Source of the DNA: Squalus acanthias
Taxonomy: Eukaryota
NCBI GenBank assembly: GCA_030390025.1
Contig: CM059432.1
Span: 84,260,001 to 84,324,000 of the forward strand
Length of the DNA: 64,000 nt
Reading direction: 5' to 3'
The position numbers and the translations under genes are program-made. The number at the start of each line of letters is the position of its first letter. The first letter of the stretch is position 1. The notes under the pieces were generated by a model, which worked only from the letters and a program-made list of their open reading frames with translations, did not search any database and had not been told where the DNA came from. Positions 40,045 to 51,096 of the stretch are shown here, one piece after another.

Positions 40045-40217
40045 AGTAATTTCTGTGGGGGTTCTCCCAATCGTCCACTATAATTTTGGTGGAAGATCAG
40101 CGGAAACCCTAGAGAAATTATGTAAACAGGCAGTTACTTTATTTCTCTGGGGTTTCCATTGACCTAATGCTAAAATTACAGCAGTAGATTGGAGAGCTCC
40201 CACGGAAATTCTACCCC
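40045..40217. mobile_element. Palindromic (foldback) MITE remnant
   Basis: The two halves are imperfect reverse complements. Right end GAAATTCTACCCC resembles Harbinger TIRs. Confidence 0.6.
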
Positions 40218-40652
40218 ATTGCATTTTGTGCCTTTTTTTGAAATTTCTTCAGAGAGAGGATTTGAAAAAGAGTTACTATTCAAACATTGGCGTTTAAAGC
40301 AAAGTATATTCATATAAAGACATTTTTAAAAATCTTTGAGACAATAGGTGGTTAAAATACTAATGGTCTAGGCATTGAAGTTGTTTCCCCAAATAATGAA
40401 AACAATTAGCAATTTGTTAGCCTGTCTTAGTAATCGATAAGTATCTTACACCCATTGTATTGGACAGTCCCTGGTCCCAGGTGCTCAGCAGAGGTTGTCT
40501 GGCATAGGCCCTGCCCTTGAGTTGTGAATGCAGGAAGACAAAAACAGAGACAGAAACACTCACTAGCAGTCAGGTTTTTCAACAGATGCAGCAAGGACAA
40601 GCTTTCACCAGGCTCAGAAGTTTAGAAAGAAGGAGTGCAGTTAGAAGTTATT

Positions 40653-41222
40653 GAGGTAAAAATTTGTCGAGTCCAGACTCGGCGCTGCGCAAGACTAAGA
40701 GGCCCAAGATCTATGAAATTTGGTCCTCAGGTCTCATCAACATACTTGAGGCGAGCTGCCAGCGCTGGTTGCAGTTCCACAGCAGTTTGCCTGAGAGAAA
40801 ACTTCAATTTTGGCAGCGACCCTCAGGTAAGTCCTGAGAAGGAAAGTTGGAGTGGGCTACGGGGCAGAGGGGTGGGGGAGTGATTGAGATGACTATGAAG
40901 TCAGAAGAGCACTTCACAGGAAGCACTAAAAATATATTTTTTTGAAGCTTACCTTTCGTTGGCGGCCGCTGTTGAAGAATCCTGAGTGAGGCAGGCCCGA
41001 CACCTGCCCTGATCATCACTGACTAACTTCACCAAGAGGTCCTTTAACCAGCATTAGGTCCAGAATTAGCATATTCAAGGTGCATAGGACGCCTAAAAGA
41101 TAAGCCCTACGAACTTAGCAGTGGGACCAGCACCTGCGCAGATTGGGCACATGCCATCTCACTGCTATATTAGTATGTTTTGCGCCCAAAAAACATGCCC
41201 AATGCATACCAATTTCTACCCC
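40653..41222. mobile_element. Harbinger-type MITE
   Basis: GAGGTAAAAATTTG / CCAATTTCTACCCC termini, TSD ATT. Confidence 0.75.
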
Positions 41223-43626
41223 ATTTAGTTTAAGTCAAGCAAGACAACCCACTGATGTTTGGGAAGTGTCATGGAGGCTTCCTGCTTACCCGTTTTGTGG
41301 CCTGAGTTAAAATTGGGGTTTATATGCGGCTATTTATCTTAAATTGGCCACATCCCTTTAAGGGCTGCAATCTCATGTAATTCTACCTCTCTCCCCTTGA
41401 AGTACATACAGGCACAAGGATGGGAGTTTGCAGAATTTATGTAAATTGTATAACCTCACAATGAGTGCATCACTTACTGCAATCCAGTCCTGGCTCCTTT
41501 GCACCAGGACTAGAAAGCTTAGCCTTATATATCAAAAGAAATAAACTTAGAAATTGCTGTTGGCCAGATTAATGGCCAAATGTTTAACACATTTGTATGA
41601 CATCCCTCTTCCATTACTGTAGCATAGGTGTTAACCTATTTAAAATAAATTGATTAATATCTGTGTTAACTTAGCAAGCAGAGGAATGTCAGACAAATGC
41701 ATTAAGTATTCGTCCTCTAAAATTGTCAACAGTAATTTCAAACCAATTGGTTAGATATTTACGTCTGACTTCCCAATGTGCACCCTATGAAGATGCAATG
41801 AAAGGAAAGTTATGAAAATGGGTGATTTCCTTAAAATTACTGAGCTTTAAAGTTTAATCTGTTCTTCTGAATATTTATTGCTCTAATACAAATTCTCAAC
41901 CGCAAGGTAAGAAAGCTTAAAATTTGCAGACTAACATTTACAATAAACTCCTTTGTTTTCAACAGGATATTTAAGTTTGTTACAAATGCACTAAATGCTC
42001 TTAGCCCCAGGTAAGAGGTTAACTGCTCTCCATTTCATAGGCTTTGTTTGTCTCACATGTACAAAATGTAGTAATAAGTATATTGCTTTAAATTATATAA
42101 ACCACTAACTAAAGATTTGCTCAATGATTTTGCTAAGTTCCCTTTCTATTTTTCTCAGGTACTGATACAGTATCAGGAACTGTACCATTAGGAAACTACG
42201 CATATAATTCATCTCAATTATTAAAATAGGCTGGAATGTGCTAACCTCTCAAAACATCTTTGATGTCTAAAAGTGCCAACTGCCTGACAGAGGGCTAACA
42301 AGTTGGTGGAACAGGGTTTTACTTTCTTGGCCTCCCCATTTGGCTCTATATATATATATAAAACGTATTATCTCTGTGTTCAGTTAATAGCCAGCTTTGC
42401 TAGAAGTGCTAAAAGTTAAAATGCAACATGTGTCTTTGGTGCTCAGTGGAATTCAAAAATCCTTCACTAATGAGCCTGCATGGGATTTACATTTGATTCA
42501 ACAGTCTAGACTATCTAACAGATGCTTAACTGAGAAGTTAAAAGTGTATCCCAAGGTTGGATCCTTTTTTAGTGATTTAATTGGGCAAAATATGCAGTCA
42601 TCTTTGTTTTTATTCCAGTAATTTGAATTGTGGTTATCATTCCCAGTACCTTTTAAATAGTACATAGTTAATTTCTTTAAAAATCACATAATAAAATATT
42701 TTCTAACTTAAGATCAGTTTTGGCAAAATAAAAACTGCAATGGAAAGGAAACTGTCTGTTTAAATTTATACCAGATGAAGTTTGTTTTAACTTATTACAT
42801 TTTGTTATATTAAATTTAATAGACTACAACAGACTATACTACCTTTGGAGATATTTGAAACTATCCTGTTCCAATTCACTGACGGACATTTTGGCTTTGC
42901 TTTGTTTATTCAGAGATTATGTATTATGTAAACTACAAAACTATGTTTTAGTACTTAATAACAGCTATAATACACCAAGGCAATTCCACAGCTTGACTCA
43001 TTTCAGTAAGGGCAGACATGGGGAAGTGGGGTGGGGAATTCTCCTTCATTATCCCATCTGAAATCAAGCAGGACTGCAGTGGAAAAAAAGAAAAAATTGG
43101 GTCATGAGACCTACTGCACCTCTCCGCCCCAACCAGGATTTAACTCCTCTTACCCCAGCAGGACTGCTGTTGGCTACCCCTTCCCCATCTGCCGCATGCA
43201 AATGGCAATAGGAGGTGGGGCTCGCCGCTTTCTGGGAGTGCTATGGGGAAGGTGACAAAAAATAAAAATTATTATGGGCAGTGAACATCCAAATTTCCAT
43301 GGCTCACCAATGGCAGGGCAGACTTGCAAAATTACCTCTTATATATTTATGTTAATAGTGTCTAAATCAGCAAGGTCATCCAACAATGGGACCTTGTGTA
43401 TATTCTGATTAATTTATCTGTTGTGGACAATTTAACATTTACACAAATATAATTATATTGTGTGATATTAGCACATTAATTCTTAATGAGTTCATTAAAA
43501 ATTCTTTGTCTGCAATCCTGTTAATTTTAAGGAGTTAATACCTTTGTTAAAATAAACAATTGTTAGTTCAAATAACATTTAGTACTGATAGCCCAGAATG
43601 AGAATTATTCAAAACAAGGCCAAATC

Positions 43627-43745
43627 GGGGGTGAAATTGGTCTTCCGTGGTCACGCCAATGAAAAAGAAAATTGGGCAGTTTATAAAACGGTCGGCTGAT
43701 TCAGTGTTGCCATTTTACGCTACTGCTGAAGACCAATTTCACCCC
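43627..43745. mobile_element. Small Harbinger-type MITE (119 bp)
   Basis: TIR GGGGTGAAATTGGTCTTC, flanked by ATC on both sides. Confidence 0.85.
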
Positions 43746-44249
43746 ATCATCTTTAAATAGCTCCCAAAACTGCAAAACAGACAATTTCAAATAGATTTCT
43801 TGGTAAACACACATTGCAAAATCAGTTATATAAAGTTAGGTCCAGTATTTTTATTATATTAGAACAGTTGTCCAACTTACTGTGTTTATTTCTTTGAGTC
43901 CTTTCATTGAATATTTAAAAAAAAATCAGTATCAGTTATTGAACTCCAACAGAGTAAAGAAGTCAATGCCTGTAAATAACAGAAAATATACACAGATATA
44001 GTCACTCATGCAGAAAAAAACATTGGCAGCTACAACTCATACAGACAACAGTTTTATTTAACAAATTGGAACTTTTCTTAGTCACTCACTAGTTTTTTAA
44101 TAAACATTTGGCTTCTGTTTCCTTGCATTGTCACTGCACTTTGAAGTAATTCATTGCATTAGAAGTATTTCGAAACATTTCTGAGCTGTGATAAGGTGTT
44201 GTATATAAATACAAGTTTTTCTTTTTCAGCATCACAGCTTTGATCTAGA

Positions 44250-45060
44250 TATGAGTGCAAAAACTGAATGCCAGACCAGAGATGAGTAGCTGCCCATGAT
44301 CTCAATACTTCATTTGACCAAGTATGGCACCAAGGAGCTATAGCCAAACTGAGGTCAATGGGGGCGGGTCAAAGGGAATTCCCTCTAATGTTTGGAGTCA
44401 TACCTAACACAAAGGAAGATTATTGTGGTTGTCAAGAGGTCATTCATTGCAGCCCAGGACATCACTGCAGGGGTTTCTCAGGGAAGCAGCTCCAGCCCAA
44501 TCATTTTCAGTTGCTTCATACTTAACCTTCCCTTCTTAATGCGATCAGAAGGCTGTTCACTGATGATTCCACAGCATTCAGCTCCATTCACAACTTCTCT
44601 GATAATGAAGCAGCCTTGCCAGCCTACAGCAGGACCTGGATAATATCCAGGGTTGGGCTGTCAAGTGACAGGTAACATTCATACCATATGTGTGCCAGGT
44701 AATTACGATCTCAAACAAGTAAAAGCCCAGGCACCTCCCCCGATCTTCAACATGTCACCATTATCTTTCCCTCATCTAGGTGGTCACCATTGACCAAAAG
44801 CTTAACTGGATTACCTATATCATGACTGTGTCTACAGGAGCAGGGCAGTAGCTGGACAGTCTGCAGCAAGTGGCTCACCTCCTCAACCCTGAAAGATTAT
44901 CCACTATCTATAAGGCTCAAGCCAGGAACTGTGATGGAATACTCATCACTCACCCAGATGAGTGCAGCTACAACACTCAAAAACTTCAACATCATCCAGG
45001 ATAGAGCTTGCTTGGCACTCCTGCCAACAGGCTCAATATCCACCGTCTCAATCACTAACA
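44250..45060 (+). mobile_element. Old diverged RT fragment of the tRNA-headed LINE family
   Basis: FDQVWHQGA..ESYLTQRK..AGVSQGS..FSCFI remnants. Confidence 0.8.
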
Positions 45061-45497
45061 TACTGGCCCCAATATTAACGTGAAGGCGGTGTCTGAGCCT
45101 AGCGGGGGGGGGGGGGGGGGGGGGTTATAGGTAGAATTGCGAGGGCAAAACCCCGAAGTCAAGTCAGTGCGTCAGATTCTCCGATTTGAGCTTGATTGAG
45201 GCAATAAATTTTGGCATCCAGGTTTCGCGTCTCCAAGCTGCGCAGCGGGCGAGATGCACTGCCGGATGTCAAGATCTCAACTCTATTTAAAGGGACAGTG
45301 TAGGAATGGAATTTGGAGGAGCCAGGAGGTGTTCAGGATGGATGCACAGAGAGCAAGGGCAGCACCCAGATTTAATGACGCATCCTGGAATTACTGCTGG
45401 GTGCAGTCAGGAACAGGAGGGACATACTTTTCCCCAGCAGTGAGAGGAAGAAACCTGCAGCTCTCACCAAGAAGGTGTGGTTGGAGGTAGCTGAAGA

Positions 45498-48120
45498 GAA
45501 CATAACATAAGAACATAAGAAGTAAGAGCAAGAGTAGGCCATACGGCCCCTCGAGCCTGCTCCACCATTCGATAAGATCATGGCTGATCATCGACCTCAA
45601 CTCCACTTTCCCGCCCGATCTCCAGATCCCTTGATTCCCCTAGAGTCCAAAAATCTATCTGTCTCAGCCTTGAATATACTCAAAGACTCAGCATTCACAG
45701 CCCTCTGAGACAGAGAATTCCAAAGATTCACAACCCTCTGAGTGAAGAAATACTTCCTCATCTCAGTCTAAAATGGCCTACCCCTTATCCTGAGACTTTG
45801 CCCCCTAGTTCTAGATACTCCAGCCAGGGGAAACAACCTCTCAGCATCTACCCTGTCAATCCCCTTCAGAATATTGTATATTTCAATGAGATCACCTCTC
45901 ATTCTTCTAAACTCCAAAGAGTATAGGCCCATTCTACACAATCTCTCATCATAGGACAGCCCTCTCATCCCAGGAATCAATCTAGTGAACCTTCGTTGCA
46001 CCGCCTCCAAGGCAAGTATATCCTTCCTTAGATAAGGAGACCAAAACTGTGCACAGTACTCCAGGTGTGGTCTCACCAAGGCCCTGTACAATTGTAACAA
46101 GACTTCTTACTCTTATACTCCAACCCCCTTGCAATAAAGGCCAACATGCCATTTGCCTTCCTTATTGCTTGCTGTACCTGCATGCTAGCTTTCTGTGTTT
46201 CTTGCACGAGGACACCCAAATCTCTCTGAACACCAACATTTGAAAGTTTCTCACCATTTAAAAAATATTCTGTTTTTCTATTCTTCCTACCGAAGTGAAT
46301 AACCTCACATTTCCATACATTATATTCCATCTGCCACCTTACTGCCCACTCACTTAGTCTATCTATATCCCTTTGCAGACTCTTTGTGTTCTCCTCACAG
46401 CTTACTGTCCCATCTAGCTTTGTATCATCAGAAAACGTAGATACATTACACTCGGTCCCTTCATCTAGGTCATTAATATAGATTGTAAATAGCTGAGGCC
46501 CCAACACTGATCCTTGCGGCACCCCACTAGTTACAGCCTGCCAACCTGAAAAAGATCCGTTTATCCCTACTCTCTGTTTTCTGTCCGTTAACCAATCCTC
46601 TATCCATGCTACTATATTACCCCCAACCCCATGAGCCTTAATCTTGTGTAATAACCTTTTATGTGGCACCTTATCGAATGCCTTTTGGAAATCCAAATAT
46701 ACTACATCCACTGGTTCCCCTTTATCTACCCTGCTAGTTACATCCTCAAAAAACTCTAATAAATTTGTCAAACACGATTTCCCTTTCATAAAACCATGTT
46801 GCCTCTGCCTAATCATGTTATGATTTTCGAAGTGACTTGATACCACTTCCTTAAAAATGGATTCCAGCATTTTCCCGACGACTGATGTCAGGCTAACTGG
46901 CCTGTAGTTCCCCGTTTTATCTCTCCCTCCTTTCTTGAATAGCGGTGTTACATTTGCGACCTTCCAATCCGCTGGGAACATTCCAGAATCTAGGGAATTT
47001 TGGAAGATCAAAAGCAATGCATCCACTATCTCTTCGCCACCTCTTTTAGAACCCTAGGATGTAGGCCGTCAGGTCCTGGGGATTTGTCGGCTTTTAGTCC
47101 CATTAGTTTCTCTAGTACTTTTTCTCTACTTATATTAATTACGTTAAGCACCTGGTAGGCAACACAGCCTTCGGGATTCTCTTTCGCGGCTGCAGAGAAC
47201 AGTATCTATCCCCCTGACTATACTGTCCCCTACTACTACAACATTCCTTCCTTCTACCCCCACTTGGATGGCCCCCTGTACCACAGTGCCACGGTCAGTT
47301 TGCCCATTCTCCCTGCAGTCCTTTTCCTCATCCATACAGGTAGAAAGTACCTTGTACCTGTTGGACAAGGTCCAGGGCTGAGGCTCCTCCATCACTACAT
47401 CCTGGTTCCCCATACCTTCCTGACTCGCAGTCACACTCTCCTGTCCCTGACCACTGACAAACTCTAAAGTACTACTTAACCTAAAGGGTGTGACTGCCTC
47501 CTGGAACAAAGTGTCCAGGTAACTCTCCCCCTCCCTGATGCATCGCAATGTCTGCAGCTCGTACTCCAGCTCAACAATTCTGAGCTGAAGTTCCTCGAGG
47601 TGCAGACACTTACTGCAGATGTGGTTGCTCGGGAACGTGATGCTCTCCATAGACTCCCACATGCTGCAGTTACGACACACCACCTGCCCTGCCATCTCTA
47701 ACCTTGTTTTATTTATTAATTAATTAGTTAAAGATTTTATTCAATCGATATTTTAGGTTTATTGTTTGATTATTTTTAGTTTAAGTTATTAATTTAATAA
47801 GTACTAGCAAATTACGGTTTCTCAGCTCTTAATTTAACCCCCTTTCCTAATTTGGAGAGCAAAAAGAGCTGTAATACTCACCTACCAATCACCTACCTGC
47901 TCTCCTGTGACGTTACTCTTTGATGTTGTTTTTGAATCGTTGCCTCCCACTGCTGCTGCTTTAATTCAGGTCCGCTCCCAGGCCGCTCTTTATCCTCTCG
48001 CCGCTGCCGCTGCTTTAATTCAGGGCTACTCTCGGGCCGCTCTTTATCCTCTCGCCACTGCCACTGCTTTAATTCAGCTCTGCTCCTGGGCTGCTCTTTA
48101 TCCTCTCACCGCTGCCGCTG
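45498..48120 (-). mobile_element. CR1 LINE with intact 5' end and large internal deletion
   Basis: 5' tandem repeats; ORF1 47144-47695 (CxxC..CxxC zinc finger/leucine zipper, VVGDS) joined directly to the RT region; 3' tail (TTCTTATG)n. Confidence 0.92.
47947..48120. repeat. 54-bp tandem repeat, ~3.2 copies, in CR1 5' UTR
   Basis: TTAATTCAG recurs at 47961, 48015 and 48069. Confidence 0.9.
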
Positions 48121-49474
48121 AAGCATTGGTGAGCAGCAGAAGCATTGTGCCCCAGTCTTGGATGCAGTGCAGGATGTGATTTAATGACCTAATTTGGTCA
48201 GGAAAAGTGACTACATTTGATGATGCACCTACAATTCAATCCCTTCTAGAGGGATTGAATTGAAAAGTAGAGAAGTTATGCTAAACTTGTATCGAACCTT
48301 TGTTAGACTACACTTCCAGAGCACTGCGTACAATTCCAGTCACCATATTATAAAGGCACTGGAGAGGGTGAAAACAAGGATGATACCAGAAATAAAAGGC
48401 TATACCTATCAGGAAAGGATGAACAGGCTGGGTCTCTTTTCTCTTGAAAAGAGAAGGCTGAGGGGTGACCTAATAGAGGTCTTTAAAATTATGACTGGAG
48501 GTGGGCGGCCACAAATAATCTAGCTCACAGATGCACAGGAGGATGCCAGGGAGAAAAGTAGCACATTTGCATCCCTCTCAATTGGAGATGGAAAGGCAAG
48601 GAACTCACAGACAACTGGAGAAAGAATTACAAATATCTCTGACACACATGCTGACCTTATTTCATCAATAACTGAACTATGAGAAGACGGAGTAAGGTGA
48701 ATGTCAAGATTGTTACTTTGCCGCGACTAATTTATATCCCTTTCTTTCGTCTTCCAGGGCCTTCACGCATACAGCAAGTGTCGCTGGACATGCATGAGGA
48801 CAATTTCTCAGAGGACCTCATTCCTTCGAGGCTTCACCGACACAGGACATACAGGCATGCACTAATGCAAATACTCACACTTTGGTGGGTCCAGTTAGAG
48901 TTAGTTGGATATTTACCCGGTAATCCACAAGTGAGCACGAGCAGACACTGGTGACAGGGACTGTTGTGGAGAGTCCGCGGCAATGGGGGCAATGCAATCC
49001 TCTCCAAGTGCTGCTCAGCTGGACACTTATGCTGAACCACTAGGGCTATTGTTGAGAAGGAGAATGCTGGATGTGCATCAGCAACTTAGCCAGGTACTGA
49101 CAGATGTGCCACGCACACTCTCCACAATGACAGAGAGGATGGAGGAGCCAACTCGATCACTAGTGGATTGGTGGTGCAGGTAATTGCAAAAATGTCTGCT
49201 ATGGAGAGTGGCCGCCTCCATGGAGCTTCAAGCACGGCTATCATATAAGATTCTGAGAGGGCTTAACGGGGTAGATGCTGAGAGGCTGTTTCCCCTGGCT
49301 GGAGAGTTTAGAACTAGGGGGCATAGTCTCAGGATAAGAGGTTAACCATTTAGGACTAATATGAGGAAAATTTCTTCACTCAGAGAATCTTTGGAATTCT
49401 CTATCCCAGAGGGCTGTGGATGCTCAGTTGTAGAGTATATTCAAGGCTGAGACAGATAGATTTTTAGACTCTAA

Positions 49475-49724
49475 GGGGGAAAAATTTGGTTGCTTTGCGC
49501 CTCCCGTTAGCGTCCTAAGCAACTCGCGCCCGGGCACGGCGCCAACGCCTCCCGCGAAATTCAACGTTGTGCCGCGATATTGGGCTGGAGTGCCCCAAGA
49601 GGAAGGGGGAGTGCTTCCAGTAGCACCCTGCCTCCTGCTTGGGGCGCTACCATCGAATTTTGGGCGCAGTAGCGCTAACTTTTTTGGCGCGCTAAAAGTA
49701 GCTCCCCGGCAAAGTTAGCGCCCC
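49475..49724. mobile_element. Harbinger terminal fragment/MITE related to 6467-10567
   Basis: TAA-GGGGGAAAAATT...GCGCCTCCCGTTAGCG matches the reverse complement of ~10530-10567. Inserted in a CR1 3' fragment (49240-49474). Confidence 0.75.
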
Positions 49725-49726
49725 TA

Positions 49727-50016
49727 GAGTCTTGGACTAATGATCTGGAGACATGAGTTCAAATCCAACCACAGCAGCTGGGAAATTTAAATTCAGTTAA
49801 TTAAATAAATCTGGAACCCATCCGGTTTACTCATGTCCTTTAAGGAAGGAAATCTGCTGTCCTTACCTGGTCTGGCCTATATGTGACTCGATACTCACAG
49901 CAATATTGTTTAATCTTAACTGCCCTCTGGAATGGCCCAGCAAGCCACTCAGATATATCAAAGGGCAATTAGGGATGGGCAAAACGCCCACATCCTGTGA
50001 ATGAATAAAAGAAAAG
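49727..50016 (+). mobile_element. tRNA-derived SINE composed of the head and tail of the tRNA-headed LINE
   Basis: B box GAGTTCAAATCC (49755-49766). Body homologous to 21170-21440 and tail homologous to 18470-18540. Confidence 0.88.
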
Positions 50017-50020
50017 CAAT

Positions 50021-50763
50021 GGCCCAGAAATTAAAGACTGAGTGTTGACGCGGGGGTAAGGCTTCCCCGCGATCTCTCACTCCGCGTTGGCTTTTTCAGT
50101 TCCAGCTCGCACGAACTTGATGTTCTGGACAGCTGCTGTGCTGGGCTTGCGTATCCCACCGGCGTAGTGAATTCGTGCGAGCTGTGGGATCACGTGACTC
50201 AGTTAGAGCCAATGGCAGCACACCATCTTCCATTCATAAGTTTCACATAAGTGCTGTGAAAGCTATGAATCTTACACCCCCCCAAAATAACAGCTAAACC
50301 TCAATTAAATTTTAAAAAAACCCATCACATTAATAAAATAAGTACAGTTAAATAAATTAACCATTTTAAATAAAAAATTAAATTTTTGAAAAAATTTAAA
50401 ATCTTTTAAAAAGTTATAAAAATAAACTTACCTGTCTTTAAAGTCTCTAAAAAAGATATACCTGTTAAAAAAAATTCAAAATAATACTTAATTCACTACT
50501 TAGCTTGTTAAAAGTGGGTCTTACTCCTCCTTTTTTCATTTCTAAAATCTTCCGTCCTTACCTGCGCGTCCAAAGCACTAAGTACACAGCGTGCGCGCAG
50601 CCTGTAGCGCGCATGCGGTGCACCGAGGACCCGCCCCCTTTTCCATTCACCAAGTGCCGGTTTTCAGCGCATGCGCAGTGCATGCAGAAAACCGGCAATT
50701 GGAGACAGAATACGCGAGAGTATGCAGTGCGTACTCTCGCGTCGCGGGACTAATTTTTGGGCC
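50021..50763. mobile_element. Harbinger-type MITE, CpG-rich ends and AT-rich core
   Basis: GGCCCAGAAATTA / TAATTTTTGGGCC termini; flanks AAT/ATT. Confidence 0.75.
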
Positions 50764-51096
50764 ATTATCAGTCAGAAAATAACTTTAGAAATGTTTGTTG
50801 CCTGCTCCTAAACAAATAATGGCCTCAGTGATAAAGTCTCACTCTCCTCAGCACCCACTTTATAGGGGCAACTACTTCATACTTACACACATTGACCAAA
50901 ATTTTTACATTGAACAGAGTGCGGGTTCACGAGCGGGTCAGCAGTTAAAAGCGCTGAAATTGACAGCTCGTCAGGAGCCCGCATTCATCCCGCCGACTTC
51001 CGCCTTTAACTCAGACACCTTTCCCAGCATGCCACAGACCCACTCAGGAAAGGCGGGCGACCTCATTAAAGTATTTAACAGCTCATTGACAGATCC

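Larger units (their letters stand above)
45065..49240 (+). mobile_element. Partial Harbinger (Myb-like side) interrupted by CR1 insertions
   Basis: MDAQRARAAPRFND at 45338. Exon 1 resumes after the CR1 at ~48125 (SSRSIVPQSWMQCR..FNDL), with later exon remnants at 48490-49240. Confidence 0.75.

Noticed and set aside
45104..45124. Long poly-G run
   Set aside because: Homopolymer expansion in a Harbinger subterminal region; length may be a sequencing artefact.
47947..48120. CRISPR-like array
   Set aside because: Simple 54-bp tandem units with no unique spacers, in a eukaryotic CR1 5' UTR.
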